Of a stretch of 62,354 nt of DNA, positions 47,462-56,335 are shown piece by piece. The notes under the pieces were generated by a model. The model was not told the DNA's origin, did no database searches, and saw only the letters and a program-made list of their open reading frames with translations. Origin of the DNA: Candidatus Methylomirabilia bacterium (GTDB taxonomy: Bacteria > Methylomirabilota > Methylomirabilia > Rokubacteriales > CSP1-6); the NCBI GenBank assembly GCA_041496385.1, contig JBGQEL010000016.1, forward strand, positions 1-62,354, read 5' to 3'. How positions within the stretch are numbered: position 1 is the first letter of the stretch; the number at the start of each line of letters is the position of its first letter. The position numbers and the translations under genes are program-made.

Positions 47462-48205
47462 TCAGAGGTCGCCGAAGTGACAGAGCCTCAGGCCGAGCCC
47501 CAGCGCGGCGGCGCGCGCTGCGGCGGACCCCAGGCCCGCGAGCTCGGTCTCGCGCTGCCGGCCGTAGCGGCTGTACGCGAGATCCGCGTCGAACCGGCCG
47601 GGGTGGGTCATGAATTCCGAGACGCCGCCGGGCACGCGCCCCAGCATGGCGAGGGTCCGCGCGAGCGACCAGTAGGCGTCGGGACCCGACTCACCGAAGA
47701 AGTGGTCTGGCGTCCGGAGACCGGCGCTCCGCGCCCGCGCACGCGCGGCCGCGTTCTGGCTCCGTACCGCGACGCCGAGGCGGCGCGCCGCGGCGAGCAC
47801 CACCTCGGCGACGGGGGCGTAGAGGCCGACGTGGTGGTGGGTGTCAAGGTGTGTCGGCGCCCGGCGCACCAGCGACTCGAAGCGCTCGATCTGCGCCGCG
47901 ACCTCGCGCTCGACGTCTCCCGGCTCGGCGCGCGCGGCGGCGTGGCGTGCGTCGCGCACGAAGCGTCCGGAGCCGTCCACGAGAGAACGCCCGCCGCTGA
48001 GCGGCCGGCCGAGCGTGAGATTCACGTGCAGCCCGAGGCCGAGCCCCGCGTCGCGCGCCTCGGCGAGCTGGCCGCGGTCGAGGTCGGCCGTGGCCAGCAC
48101 CGTCGCGCTCGTCACGATCCCGTGGCGCTGCGACGCCAGGATGCCGGCGCTCACGCCCCGCGTGAGGCCGAAGTCGTCGGCGTTGACGATGAGCCGGCGC
48201 GTCAC
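47462..48205 (-). CDS. YdjC/ChbG/HpnK-family carbohydrate deacetylase
   Basis: LIVNADDFG, GLHVNL, HLDTHHH, EFMTHPG motifs. Confidence 0.92.
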   Translation of the reverse strand: MTRRLIVNADDFGLTRGVSAGILASQRHGIVTSATVLATADLDRGQLAEARDAGLGLGLHVNLTLGRPLSGGRSLVDGSGRFVRDARHAAARAEPGDVEREVAAQIERFESLVRRAPTHLDTHHHVGLYAPVAEVVLAAARRLGVAVRSQNAAARARARSAGLRTPDHFFGESGPDAYWSLARTLAMLGRVPGGVSEFMTHPGRFDADLAYSRYGRQRETELAGLGSAAARAAALGLGLRLCHFGDL

Positions 48206-48906
48206 GCGCGGAGCGTCCCCTGGAGCAGCAGACGCTCGACCGTCGTCGGCGGGCTCGTCGCCGGCACCGTCGCCTCGACGTCCAGCGCGCGGATGTGCTC
48301 GAGCCGCTCGTAGGCGATCCGCGGGAAGGCCTGGGTCTCGCTCGCGACGATCGCCGGCTCGAACCCCGCCGCCTCGAGCCTGGCCAGCGCGGCCTTGCGG
48401 CCGAGGAACCCGAAGATCGAGACGAGGAGACGCCCGCCCGGGGCGAGGTGCGCGGGCGCGTCCCGGATCACGCGGTCGAGGATCTCCCACCCGTCCTCGC
48501 CGCCGTTGTCCGCGGCGGCGACCGCGTCCCGCCGCGCGCGTCCGGGCGGCGTCGGCATCTGCGGGGGGTTGGCGCAGACGAGGTCGAAGCGCTCGCCGAC
48601 GACGGGGGCGTAGCAGTCACCGAGCCGCGCGTCCACGTCGACGCCGTTCAGCAGCGCGTTGGCCCGGATCGCCTCGACCGCCTCCGGGACGACGTCGGTC
48701 GCCACGACACGGGCGCCGGCCTTGGCCATGAGCACGGCCGCGAGGCCCAGGCCGGCGCCGATCTCGAGCGCCCGCTCACCCCGCCGCGCGTTCAGATGGC
48801 GACAGAAGAAGAGGGAGCCCGCCTTCGGCGGCTGCACGCCCTGGGGGACGCGGAAGGTGGCGCCGCGCCAGACGAAGAGGAGGGTCCCCTCGTCGCTAGC
48901 GGCCAA
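48202..48906 (-). CDS. HemK/PrmC-like SAM-dependent methyltransferase
   Basis: LEIGAGLG, FDLVCANPP, GGEDG motifs. TTG start overlaps the upstream gene. Confidence 0.85.
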   Translation of the reverse strand: MAASDEGTLLFVWRGATFRVPQGVQPPKAGSLFFCRHLNARRGERALEIGAGLGLAAVLMAKAGARVVATDVVPEAVEAIRANALLNGVDVDARLGDCYAPVVGERFDLVCANPPQMPTPPGRARRDAVAAADNGGEDGWEILDRVIRDAPAHLAPGGRLLVSIFGFLGRKAALARLEAAGFEPAIVASETQAFPRIAYERLEHIRALDVEATVPATSPPTTVERLLLQGTLRA

Positions 48907-49207
48907 GGACGCGTCTGAAGTAGAGACGGAGCGCCTCCTTCAGCTGGGCGCGCGCCCCGGCGGAGGTCTTCGCGTCTTCGAGCATGTCGATGTCGAGCTG
49001 GAGCGGAACGCCCTCCTTCTTGATGCCGTCGAGCTCGGCCGTGAGGCCGCAGCGCTCGTCGGACTCCGTGAAGACGAGCTTCGCCCGCGCGAAGCCGCCG
49101 TCGTCGCGCGCGAGCTGCTCGACCGTCTCGACGAGCACGCGCTTGATCTCCTCGGCCTCGGTCGCGGGCACCGTGGAGAACGCCGCGGTCAGGCTAACGT
49201 CCGCCAT
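48896..49207 (-). CDS. Small hypothetical protein
   Basis: 103-aa ORF with genome-typical codons, overlapping neighbours at both ends. Confidence 0.7.
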   Translation of the reverse strand: MADVSLTAAFSTVPATEAEEIKRVLVETVEQLARDDGGFARAKLVFTESDERCGLTAELDGIKKEGVPLQLDIDMLEDAKTSAGARAQLKEALRLYFRRVLGR

Positions 49208-49448
49208 CGTCGTACACCTTCAAGATGTCCGCGTGCGCCTTTGCCGCGTTGGCGCGGATGGCGAAGCTGATGGCCTCGCGCACCTCGGCCTCGCTCGCGC
49301 CCGATGCCCTGGCACCTGCCAGGTCACGCCGGGCTCAGTGGGTGTTGCCCACCGCGAGGTTCGCGGCGAGGTAGCAGAGGTACGCGGTCTTCGGATCGAG
49401 CGCGCCCTTCGTGTACGTCCAGCTCGCGATGACCTTGTCCTCGAGCAT
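49194..49448 (-). CDS. CMD/AhpD-like protein with in-frame TGA at codon 38 (predicted selenoprotein)
   Basis: AGGAGG SD. MLEDKVIASWTYTKGALDPKTAYLCYLAANLAVGNTH-U-ARRDLAGARASGASEAEVREAISFAIRANAAKAHADILKVYDDGGR*. The CMD pattern (GALD.KT..L...A / A...GAS..E..EAI) spans the TGA. Confidence 0.82.
49299..49334 (-). promoter_or_regulatory. Bacterial SECIS-like stem-loop directly 3' of the TGA
   Basis: GCCCG G CG TG A CCTGGC-AGGT-GCCAGG G CA T CGGGC. The upper stem begins after 11 nt and the loop contains GGU. Confidence 0.75.
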
Positions 49449-49459
49449 CGTACGCCTCC

Positions 49460-51068
49460 TCAGTAACCGGCCGCCGCGGCCGGCCGCAGGTGATCGAGCC
49501 CCGCCTCGAGCCCCTTCTTCGTCACGCGGACCCCGACGGGCTTGGCGAAGTTCAGCGTCGCGTACGTCTCCTGCTTGGGCACGACGCGGTGACCGAGCCG
49601 GGCGAGGCCCGTGAGGGCCTTCTCGCCGACGCGCGCGTCGACCAGCAGCTCGCCCCCCTCGGCGTGGAGCCGCGGCGCCTCGATCGCGGCCTGGAGTGAG
49701 ACGCGGGTGTCCGCGAGCGTCGCGAGCACCTGCGGGATCGCCGAGACGATGCGCCGGCCGCCCGGCGCGCCCAGCGTGAGGTAGGGCTCGCCCTTCCGGA
49801 ACGCGAGCAGCGGCACCATGTTCACCAGCGCGCGCTTGCGGGGACCGACGGAGTTCGGCCGGCCGGGCTCGGGGTCGAACCAGATCATGCCGTTGTTGAG
49901 CAGGATCCCCGTCCCTTTTACCACGACGCGCGAGCCGAAGAGCGACACGGCCGTGTGCGTGAGCGCCACCATGTTCCGCTGCCGGTCCACCACCGAGACG
50001 TGCGTCGTGCAGTCGTCCGCGACGCCCGCGGCGGCTGCCGCGGGCGCGCGCCGGGCCCCGCCCGGCTTGCGCATCTCGGCGGCGATGGCCTGCGCGTGGG
50101 CCTTCGAGGCCAGGCGCTCCCACGGCGCCTTCACGACGGCCGGATCGCCCAGGTGCTTGAAGCGGTCGGCGAAGGCGCGGCGCGAGGCCTCGGCGCGGAA
50201 GTGGAGGCCGCCCGCCGTCTGCCAGCCGACGTAGTTCGGCGGGAACTGGTCCAGGATGTTCAGCATCTCGAGCGCGGTGATCCCGCCGGTCGCGCCCGGC
50301 GCCAGGGCGAGATCCAGGTCGCGGTAGCGCCCCGTGAGCGGCGGGCCCACCCGCACCTCGTACGCGGCGAGGTCCTCGCGGGTGACGAGGCCGCCGTGCG
50401 CCGCCATCTCGTCGTGGAGCGCCTGGGCGATCGCGCCGCGGTAGAACGCGTCGACCCCGTCGCGCGCGATCAGCGCCAGGCTCCGCGCGAGGTCGGGATA
50501 GGTCACGCGCTCGCCGGGCTCGAGCGAGGGCGGCCGGTGGATCGCGCGGCCGTTGCGCAGGTAGGTCCGCGCGCTCTCCGGAAACGCGCCGAGCTCCTCG
50601 ATGTAGCGCGCGGTGGCGAGCGCCTGGTACCAGTCCGGGACGAAGCCGTCGCGCGCCAGCGCGATCGCGGGCGCCAGCACGTCGGCGAGCTCCATCGTGC
50701 CGTACCGCTCGAGCGCCGTCACGAGCCCCGCCACCGACCCCGGCACGGCGACCGATCGGTGCCCGTACTCGTTCGCGGCCCCCTCGACGCGGGGCCACGG
50801 GAAGAGCCCCGTCGACACCCCGCCGATCACGCGGAACATGGTCTCGTGCGCGCGCGCCGGCGCCACGCCGTTGAAGTCGAGCGCGACCGTCTCGCCGCGC
50901 TTCTCCATGTGCACGAGCATCGTGCCGGAGCCCCCGATCGTCGACGGCGTTGCCGCCCTCCTCGAGGATCGCCCCGCCCACGCGGGCGCCGAGCGGGTGC
51001 TCGGCCACCACGAGGCCGCGCGGCGCGAGCGGCGTCTGCTTGGTCACGACGAGCTGCGATTCGATCAT
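49460..51068 (-). pseudogene. ggt: Gamma-glutamyltransferase family gene with a frameshifting deletion at ~50939-50945
   Basis: The N-terminal frame ends at ILEEGGNAVD and another frame resumes at TIGGSGTML. VAVPG, GAIA, TTHVSVVD (catalytic Thr), LLNN and GAPGG are intact downstream. Confidence 0.85.
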
Positions 51069-51100
51069 GGGCGGGGCTCCGTGGGGCCCGGGGGGCGACC

Positions 51101-51586
51101 TCAGCGCTCGAGGTACTGCGTGATGTCGACGAGCCGGGCGTCGTAGAAGAACAGGCGCCAGCCCTGCGGGTAGAGCCAGGCCTCGGTGGGGTTGTTGGGC
51201 TTGACGCCGGGCCAGTACTGGCGCGCGAGCTTCTCGATCTCGCCGGCGTCTCTGGCCGTGAGCGTCGGCGCGCCGATCAGCAGGAGCACCTGCTCCTTCG
51301 ACATGCCCACGATCACCTGCCGGTGGTAGCGGAACGTCTGGACGTCGAGCGAGTTGGCGATCTCGGGGTGGTCGGCCAGGTACTGCGAGATCCGCATGTC
51401 GATCTGGTTGTCCCACTGGGTCTTCTCGTCGAGTCCCGGCGCCCGCCCGGTCGTGAGCACCACCGTCGCGGTCCAGACTTCCTCGGCCGTCGGGCCCTGG
51501 ATCGCCCGCTTCTCGGAGCTCGTGATCTGGGCGCAGGCGACGAGGAGGCCGAGAAGCGCGGCGGCGAGCAGGAGCGAGCGTCTCAC
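51101..51586 (-). CDS. Lipoprotein with SmpA/BamE-like GMS..QV..L.G.P motif
   Basis: LLVAC lipobox after a hydrophobic signal, then VGMSKEQVLLLIGAP and EAWLY. Confidence 0.75.
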   Translation of the reverse strand: MRRSLLLAAALLGLLVACAQITSSEKRAIQGPTAEEVWTATVVLTTGRAPGLDEKTQWDNQIDMRISQYLADHPEIANSLDVQTFRYHRQVIVGMSKEQVLLLIGAPTLTARDAGEIEKLARQYWPGVKPNNPTEAWLYPQGWRLFFYDARLVDITQYLER

Positions 51587-51594
51587 GCGTCCGA

Positions 51595-54183
51595 TCATAT
51601 CAGGGCCGACTCGAGAACGATGCCTCGATCGATGACCCGCGCGACCTGCGCGAGGAGGCGCCCGGTCTCGGGCGGGACCTCGGGGCTGTCGGCGAGCTGG
51701 CGGAGGAGGTCGATGAGCCGGCGCAGGGCGCGGATCAGGTCGCCCTCGTGGCCGCCGAAGGATTCCTCGACGACCCGGGTCCAGTCGTCGTCGCCCGAGG
51801 CCCAGCGGAACACGGCGGGCATGAAGCCGGCCTGGACGCCGACCGGCATGTGGAGGTGGCGCTGCCGCTGCGCCTCGTGGACGGTGTTGGCGAGGCCGTC
51901 CAGCTCGACGAGGCGCCGGCGGAGCTTCGGCCGCTTCTTCAAGAACTCGCGCGCCAGCGCCGCCTCGCCCGAGCGCGACTCCTCCATGAGCGCCGAGCAG
52001 ACGGCGGCGGCCTCGGGACCCGTGAGGTCGTCGAAGAGGCCGCGGAACACGGCCTCCGCGACGAGCAGCTCGTTGTCGTGGCGCAGGCTCGCGATGAGGC
52101 GTCCGCGCGGCTCGAGCCGGCGCTCGCGCACGGCGCCGAACTGCTCGAGCACCTCGACGACGCGCAGGAACTCCTGCCAGTAGGCGCCGCGCACCTGCTC
52201 GAGCGCCCGGCGGCGCGAGCCGAGCCGCTCCGTCTGCGTCTCGAGCTCGCGCCACTCATGGTCGCACTTCGGCAGGGCGCCCCAGGGGCAGCGGTGGCAC
52301 TCGATCGCCGCGAGGAGCGCATCGGGGCCCTCCGCGCGCTCGCGCTCGACGAGCTCGGCGACGGAGAGCCTGCCGAGCTGCTCGGCGACCTGGCGGAGGC
52401 CGCTGCCGTCGCGTCCGCGATCGCGCGGAACGTGCAGCGGCGGCGTGGCCCAGAAGACGCGCTTCACGACGCCGCTCTTCACGCGCACGACGGCGCCGTG
52501 CGGCAGCAGCGCGTCGAGGAGCACGCGGCGGCCGCGCACGGCGTGGACGCCCAGGATGAGGGCGAGGCCCGGCGCGCCCTTGCGGCGCACGAGCGCGACT
52601 CGGCCCGGCTCGGCCTCGCCGACGCCGCGCTCGCCGCGCCGCGCGCCCCGGCCGAGCGCCTGCCGCCGCGCCTCCGCCTCCTGGCGCGCGCGGCGGTACC
52701 GGCCGACGCGCTGGAACTCGCCGCACGGCGCCTCGTAGCGCTTGACCTCGGCGAGCGCCGCCTCGGCGCCACGCACCTCGGCCTCCAGCTCGCGGATCGT
52801 CTTCAAGTTCTGGTACTGGCCGAAGGAGGACTCGATCCGGCGGCGCAGCACGTCGGGCTCGGCGCCGGTCCCGAGCAGGAGCGCGACCGAGCCGTAGCCG
52901 AGCTTGAAGCGGCTCTCGATCGGCTCGGGCGAGCCGTCCACGACGTGCAGGAGGGACTCGACGCCGTCACGGGCGTCGAGGGCCATCACGCACTCGCCCT
53001 CGGCGTCGATGCCGCGCCGGCCCGCCCGGCCCGCCATCTGCGTCAGCTCGTTGTGGGTGAGCGAGCGGAAGCCGCGGTCGGTGCGCTTCGTGAGCCCCTG
53101 CAGGACGACGGCGCGCGCCGGCATGTGGATGCCGAGCGACATCGTCTCGGTGGCGAAGACGACCTTGCAGAGACCGCGCTCGAAGAGCGTCTCGATCAGG
53201 CGCTTCAGCCCCGGCAGGATGCCGGCGTGGTGCATCGCGACACCGACCCGGAGCCCCTGGAACACCGACTGCGAGAGCGCCGACTCGCCGATGGACGGGC
53301 TCTCCCCGAGCGCGTCGCCGATCGCGCGGTCCACCTCGTCCTGCTGCTGGGCGGCGAGGAGGCTCTCGCCGTCGGCCAGCACGTCGAGCATGGCGCGCTC
53401 GCAGCCGGCCCGGCTGAAGATGAAGTAGATCGCCGGGAGCCAGCGGCGCGCCGCGAGCGCCTCGATGAGCACCGTCGGGTCCACCACGCGGCGCGTGTAC
53501 CAGCGGCCGCGATCGCCGGGACCGCGCGGCTCGTCGCCGACGACGCGCGCCTGGCCGCGGCGCACCTGGTCGAGATCGTGGATGTCTCCGGCGAGGTCCG
53601 CGATCGCGTACCGCAACGGCACCGGCCGGTGCGGGTGGTAGATCGGCACGATGGGCCGGTGGACGATCGAGATCCAGTCGGCGATCTCCTTGACGTTCGC
53701 GACCGTCGCGGAGAGGCCGACGAGCAGGACGTCCTTCGGCGCGCCGATGATGATCTCCTCCCAGACGGTGCCGCGCCCCTCGTCGCCCATGTAGTGGCAC
53801 TCGTCGAGGACGATGTAGCGGAGGTTGTCCAGCCCGGAGCCGTAGAGCGCGTTGCGCAGGATCTCGGTCGTCATCACGAGCACGCGCGCGCGTGGGTTCA
53901 CCTTGACGTCGCCCGTGAGGATGCCGACCGTCGCCTCGCCGAAGGCGCGCGTGAAGTCGGCGAACTTCTGGTTCGAGAGGGCCTTCAGCGGCGTCGTGTA
54001 GGCGATGCGATGCCCGGCGGCGAGCGCCGCGTGAATCGCGAACTCGGCGACGAGTGTCTTGCCCGCGCCCGTCGGCGCCGAGACGATCACCGACCGGCCG
54101 GCGACGATCGCCTGGATCGCTTCGAGCTGGAAATCGTCGAGCGCGAAGGGGTACCGAGCGCGAAACTGCTCGAGCAGCTCCAT
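51595..54183 (-). CDS. helY: Ski2-like DEAD/DEAH-box RNA helicase (HelY-like, C-terminal DSHCT)
   Basis: APTGAGKT, PLKALSNQK, DECH, LSAT, HHAG, ATET, QMAGRAGRRG, EGDLIR..RRLIDLLRQ motifs. Confidence 0.9.
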   Translation of the reverse strand: MELLEQFRARYPFALDDFQLEAIQAIVAGRSVIVSAPTGAGKTLVAEFAIHAALAAGHRIAYTTPLKALSNQKFADFTRAFGEATVGILTGDVKVNPRARVLVMTTEILRNALYGSGLDNLRYIVLDECHYMGDEGRGTVWEEIIIGAPKDVLLVGLSATVANVKEIADWISIVHRPIVPIYHPHRPVPLRYAIADLAGDIHDLDQVRRGQARVVGDEPRGPGDRGRWYTRRVVDPTVLIEALAARRWLPAIYFIFSRAGCERAMLDVLADGESLLAAQQQDEVDRAIGDALGESPSIGESALSQSVFQGLRVGVAMHHAGILPGLKRLIETLFERGLCKVVFATETMSLGIHMPARAVVLQGLTKRTDRGFRSLTHNELTQMAGRAGRRGIDAEGECVMALDARDGVESLLHVVDGSPEPIESRFKLGYGSVALLLGTGAEPDVLRRRIESSFGQYQNLKTIRELEAEVRGAEAALAEVKRYEAPCGEFQRVGRYRRARQEAEARRQALGRGARRGERGVGEAEPGRVALVRRKGAPGLALILGVHAVRGRRVLLDALLPHGAVVRVKSGVVKRVFWATPPLHVPRDRGRDGSGLRQVAEQLGRLSVAELVERERAEGPDALLAAIECHRCPWGALPKCDHEWRELETQTERLGSRRRALEQVRGAYWQEFLRVVEVLEQFGAVRERRLEPRGRLIASLRHDNELLVAEAVFRGLFDDLTGPEAAAVCSALMEESRSGEAALAREFLKKRPKLRRRLVELDGLANTVHEAQRQRHLHMPVGVQAGFMPAVFRWASGDDDWTRVVEESFGGHEGDLIRALRRLIDLLRQLADSPEVPPETGRLLAQVARVIDRGIVLESALI

Positions 54184-54240
54184 CACTCGACACAGTAACA
54201 CGCCCCTGGCGGCGCCCGGCCGATCTGATAGGCTTGGGGC

Positions 54241-54777
54241 GTGATCCTCTTCCACATCGCCGTCACCGCCGCGGACGACTATGCGACCCGCCGCGAGGCC
54301 CACCGGCGCGCCCACATCGAGCGCCTCCAGGGGCTGCGCGCCGCCGGCATCCTGATCGGCGGCGGGCCGGCGCCCGACGGCCGGACCGCCGACATCGTCT
54401 ACCGCCTGCAGCAGCCCGCCCAGCTCAAGCACGCGATCGAGGAGGACCCGTACTGGACGGGCGGCGTGTGGACGCGCTACGAGCCGCGGAGCTTCACCCA
54501 GTTCGTCGAGCCGTGGGAGATGGTCCCCGTCGTCCTCGACGGCTCGCGGCCGGTGACCGTCGTCGAGGGGCCGACGTCGGAGCACGACATGGCGCAGTTT
54601 GCGCTGATCGAGATGCGCGGCGCCGGACGGCTCGCGTTCGGCGGGTTCTTCGCGGACGGCCAGACGCTCGCGCTCGTCAAGTCCGCCGATCTAGGGCAGG
54701 CGCGCGCCTGGTTCGCCGAGACCGGATTCTGGAAGGAGGACGCGCTCACGGCGCGCCCCCTCCTCCACGTGCTGTAG
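54241..54777 (+). CDS. YciI-like protein (apparent tandem domains)
   Basis: RREAHRRAH..RL, GGP, EEDPYW..GVW. The second half repeats the GG.F/FW pattern. Confidence 0.7.
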   Translation: MILFHIAVTAADDYATRREAHRRAHIERLQGLRAAGILIGGGPAPDGRTADIVYRLQQPAQLKHAIEEDPYWTGGVWTRYEPRSFTQFVEPWEMVPVVLDGSRPVTVVEGPTSEHDMAQFALIEMRGAGRLAFGGFFADGQTLALVKSADLGQARAWFAETGFWKEDALTARPLLHVL

Positions 54778-54787
54778 CATGGCGGCG

Positions 54788-55468
54788 ATGCGCCCCGTCG
54801 TCGGCCTCGTCACCATCGGCCAGTCGCCCCGCGCGGACGTCGTGCCCGAGATGGCCGCGCTCATCGGTCCCGGCGTCGAGATCCGCGAGGCCGGCGCCCT
54901 CGACGGCCTGGATCGGGCGCAGGTCGCCGCGCTCGCGCCCCGCCCCGGCGACGAGATCCTCGTCACGCGGCTCGCCGACGGCACACCCGTCTTCGTCGGC
55001 AAGGAGCGCATCGTCGATCGGATCGTGGCGCGGATCGCCGAGCTCGAGCGTGCCGGAACCACGCTGACCGCGCTCCTCTGCACCGGCGCGTTCCCACGCC
55101 TGGCGGCCGGGCGGCCGCTCGTCCAGCCCCAGCAGATCCTGCTCGGCGTGCTGCGCGGGACGAGCTGGCCCGGCCGGCTCGGCATCCTCACGCCCTCCCT
55201 GCCGCACGTGCCCCAGACCGAGGCGCGCTGGCGCGCCGACGGCTTCGACCCCCTCGTCGTCCCGCTCTCGCCCTACGAGGAAGAAGACCCCGCTGTCGTC
55301 GCGCGCGCCGGCGCCACCCTGCGCGGCGCGGGCGTCGGGCTCGTCGTCATGGACTGCATGGGCTTCAAGCGCAAGACCCGCGACGAGCTGCAGGCGGCGA
55401 CAGGCGCGCCGGTGCTCGTCGCGAACCTGCTCGTCGCGCGCGTCCTCGCCGAGCTCTGCGGCGCCTGA
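54788..55468 (+). CDS. AroM family protein
   Basis: VTIGQSPRAD, GALDG, LVTRL.DG, LCTG.F, SPY, MDCMG motifs. Confidence 0.88.
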   Translation: MRPVVGLVTIGQSPRADVVPEMAALIGPGVEIREAGALDGLDRAQVAALAPRPGDEILVTRLADGTPVFVGKERIVDRIVARIAELERAGTTLTALLCTGAFPRLAAGRPLVQPQQILLGVLRGTSWPGRLGILTPSLPHVPQTEARWRADGFDPLVVPLSPYEEEDPAVVARAGATLRGAGVGLVVMDCMGFKRKTRDELQAATGAPVLVANLLVARVLAELCGA

Positions 55469-55477
55469 GCAATCGCC

Positions 55478-56335
55478 TCACGGGCGGCTCTTCGGGTCGA
55501 GGATGTCCCGGAGGCCGTCGCCCAGCAGGTTGAAGCCGAGCACGGTCAGGTAGATGAAGAGACCCGGAAAGGCGGAGTACCACCACCACGTCGGCAGGTA
55601 GTTGCGCCCGTGGCTGATCATGGCGCCCCACTCGGGATACGGCGGCTGGGCGCCCAGGCCGATGAAGCCGAGCCCCGCCGCGGCGAGGATGGCGGTGCCC
55701 ATGTCCATGCTCGCCTTCACCGTGATCGGCGAGAGGCAGTTCGGCAGGATGTGGACGACGACGATGCGGAGCCGGCCCGTGCCGACGGCGCGCGCCGCCT
55801 CCACGAACGCCTGTGCCCTGAGCGAGAGCGTCTTGCCCTGCACCAGCCGCACGTAGCCCGGCCACCAGACCAGCGAGAGCGCGACGATCGCGTTGACGAT
55901 CCCCGGGCCGAGCGCGCCGACGATCGCGAGCGCCAGCACGAGCGCCGGCACCGACAGGAAGACGTCGGTCACCCGCATGATGACGCCCCCGGCCGGGCCG
56001 GCGACGTAGCCCGCGGCGAGCCCGAGCGGCACGCCGATGAGCGCGCCCACGAGCGTGATGATGACGCCGATCTGCAGCGAGACGCGCGCGCCCAGGATCA
56101 CGCGCGTGTAGATGTCGTTCCCGACCTCGTCGGTGCCGAACCAGTGCGCGGCGCCGGGGGCCTGGAGCTTCAGGTCGAGGTGGACGGCGCCGCGCGCGTC
56201 CTCGGGATAGGGCACGATCCACGGTCCCACCGCCGCGAGCAGGACGAACCCGAGCACGAGGGCGAGACCGAGCATCGACGCGCGGTCCCGGGCGAAGACC
56301 CGCGCCTGGCGCCGCGCGAGCTCGCGATCGATCAC
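55478..56335 (-). CDS. Peptide/nickel ABC permease (DppC-like)
   Basis: HWFGTD, GARVSL, FVEAARAVG, HILPN, PEWG, LGDGLRD motifs. Confidence 0.92.
   Translation of the reverse strand: MIDRELARRQARVFARDRASMLGLALVLGFVLLAAVGPWIVPYPEDARGAVHLDLKLQAPGAAHWFGTDEVGNDIYTRVILGARVSLQIGVIITLVGALIGVPLGLAAGYVAGPAGGVIMRVTDVFLSVPALVLALAIVGALGPGIVNAIVALSLVWWPGYVRLVQGKTLSLRAQAFVEAARAVGTGRLRIVVVHILPNCLSPITVKASMDMGTAILAAAGLGFIGLGAQPPYPEWGAMISHGRNYLPTWWWYSAFPGLFIYLTVLGFNLLGDGLRDILDPKSRP

Noticed and set aside
49335..51416. 693-aa ORF apparently fusing the GGT N-terminus to the CMD N-terminus
   Set aside because: It is a product of the ggt frameshift plus the scarcity of stops in GC-rich DNA. The middle is off-frame Arg/Gly/Ala-rich sequence and the CMD gene has its own SD and ATG.
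51595..54183. Helicase as part of an anti-phage system
   Set aside because: It has a standard HelY/Ski2-like layout and no nuclease or methylase partners nearby.
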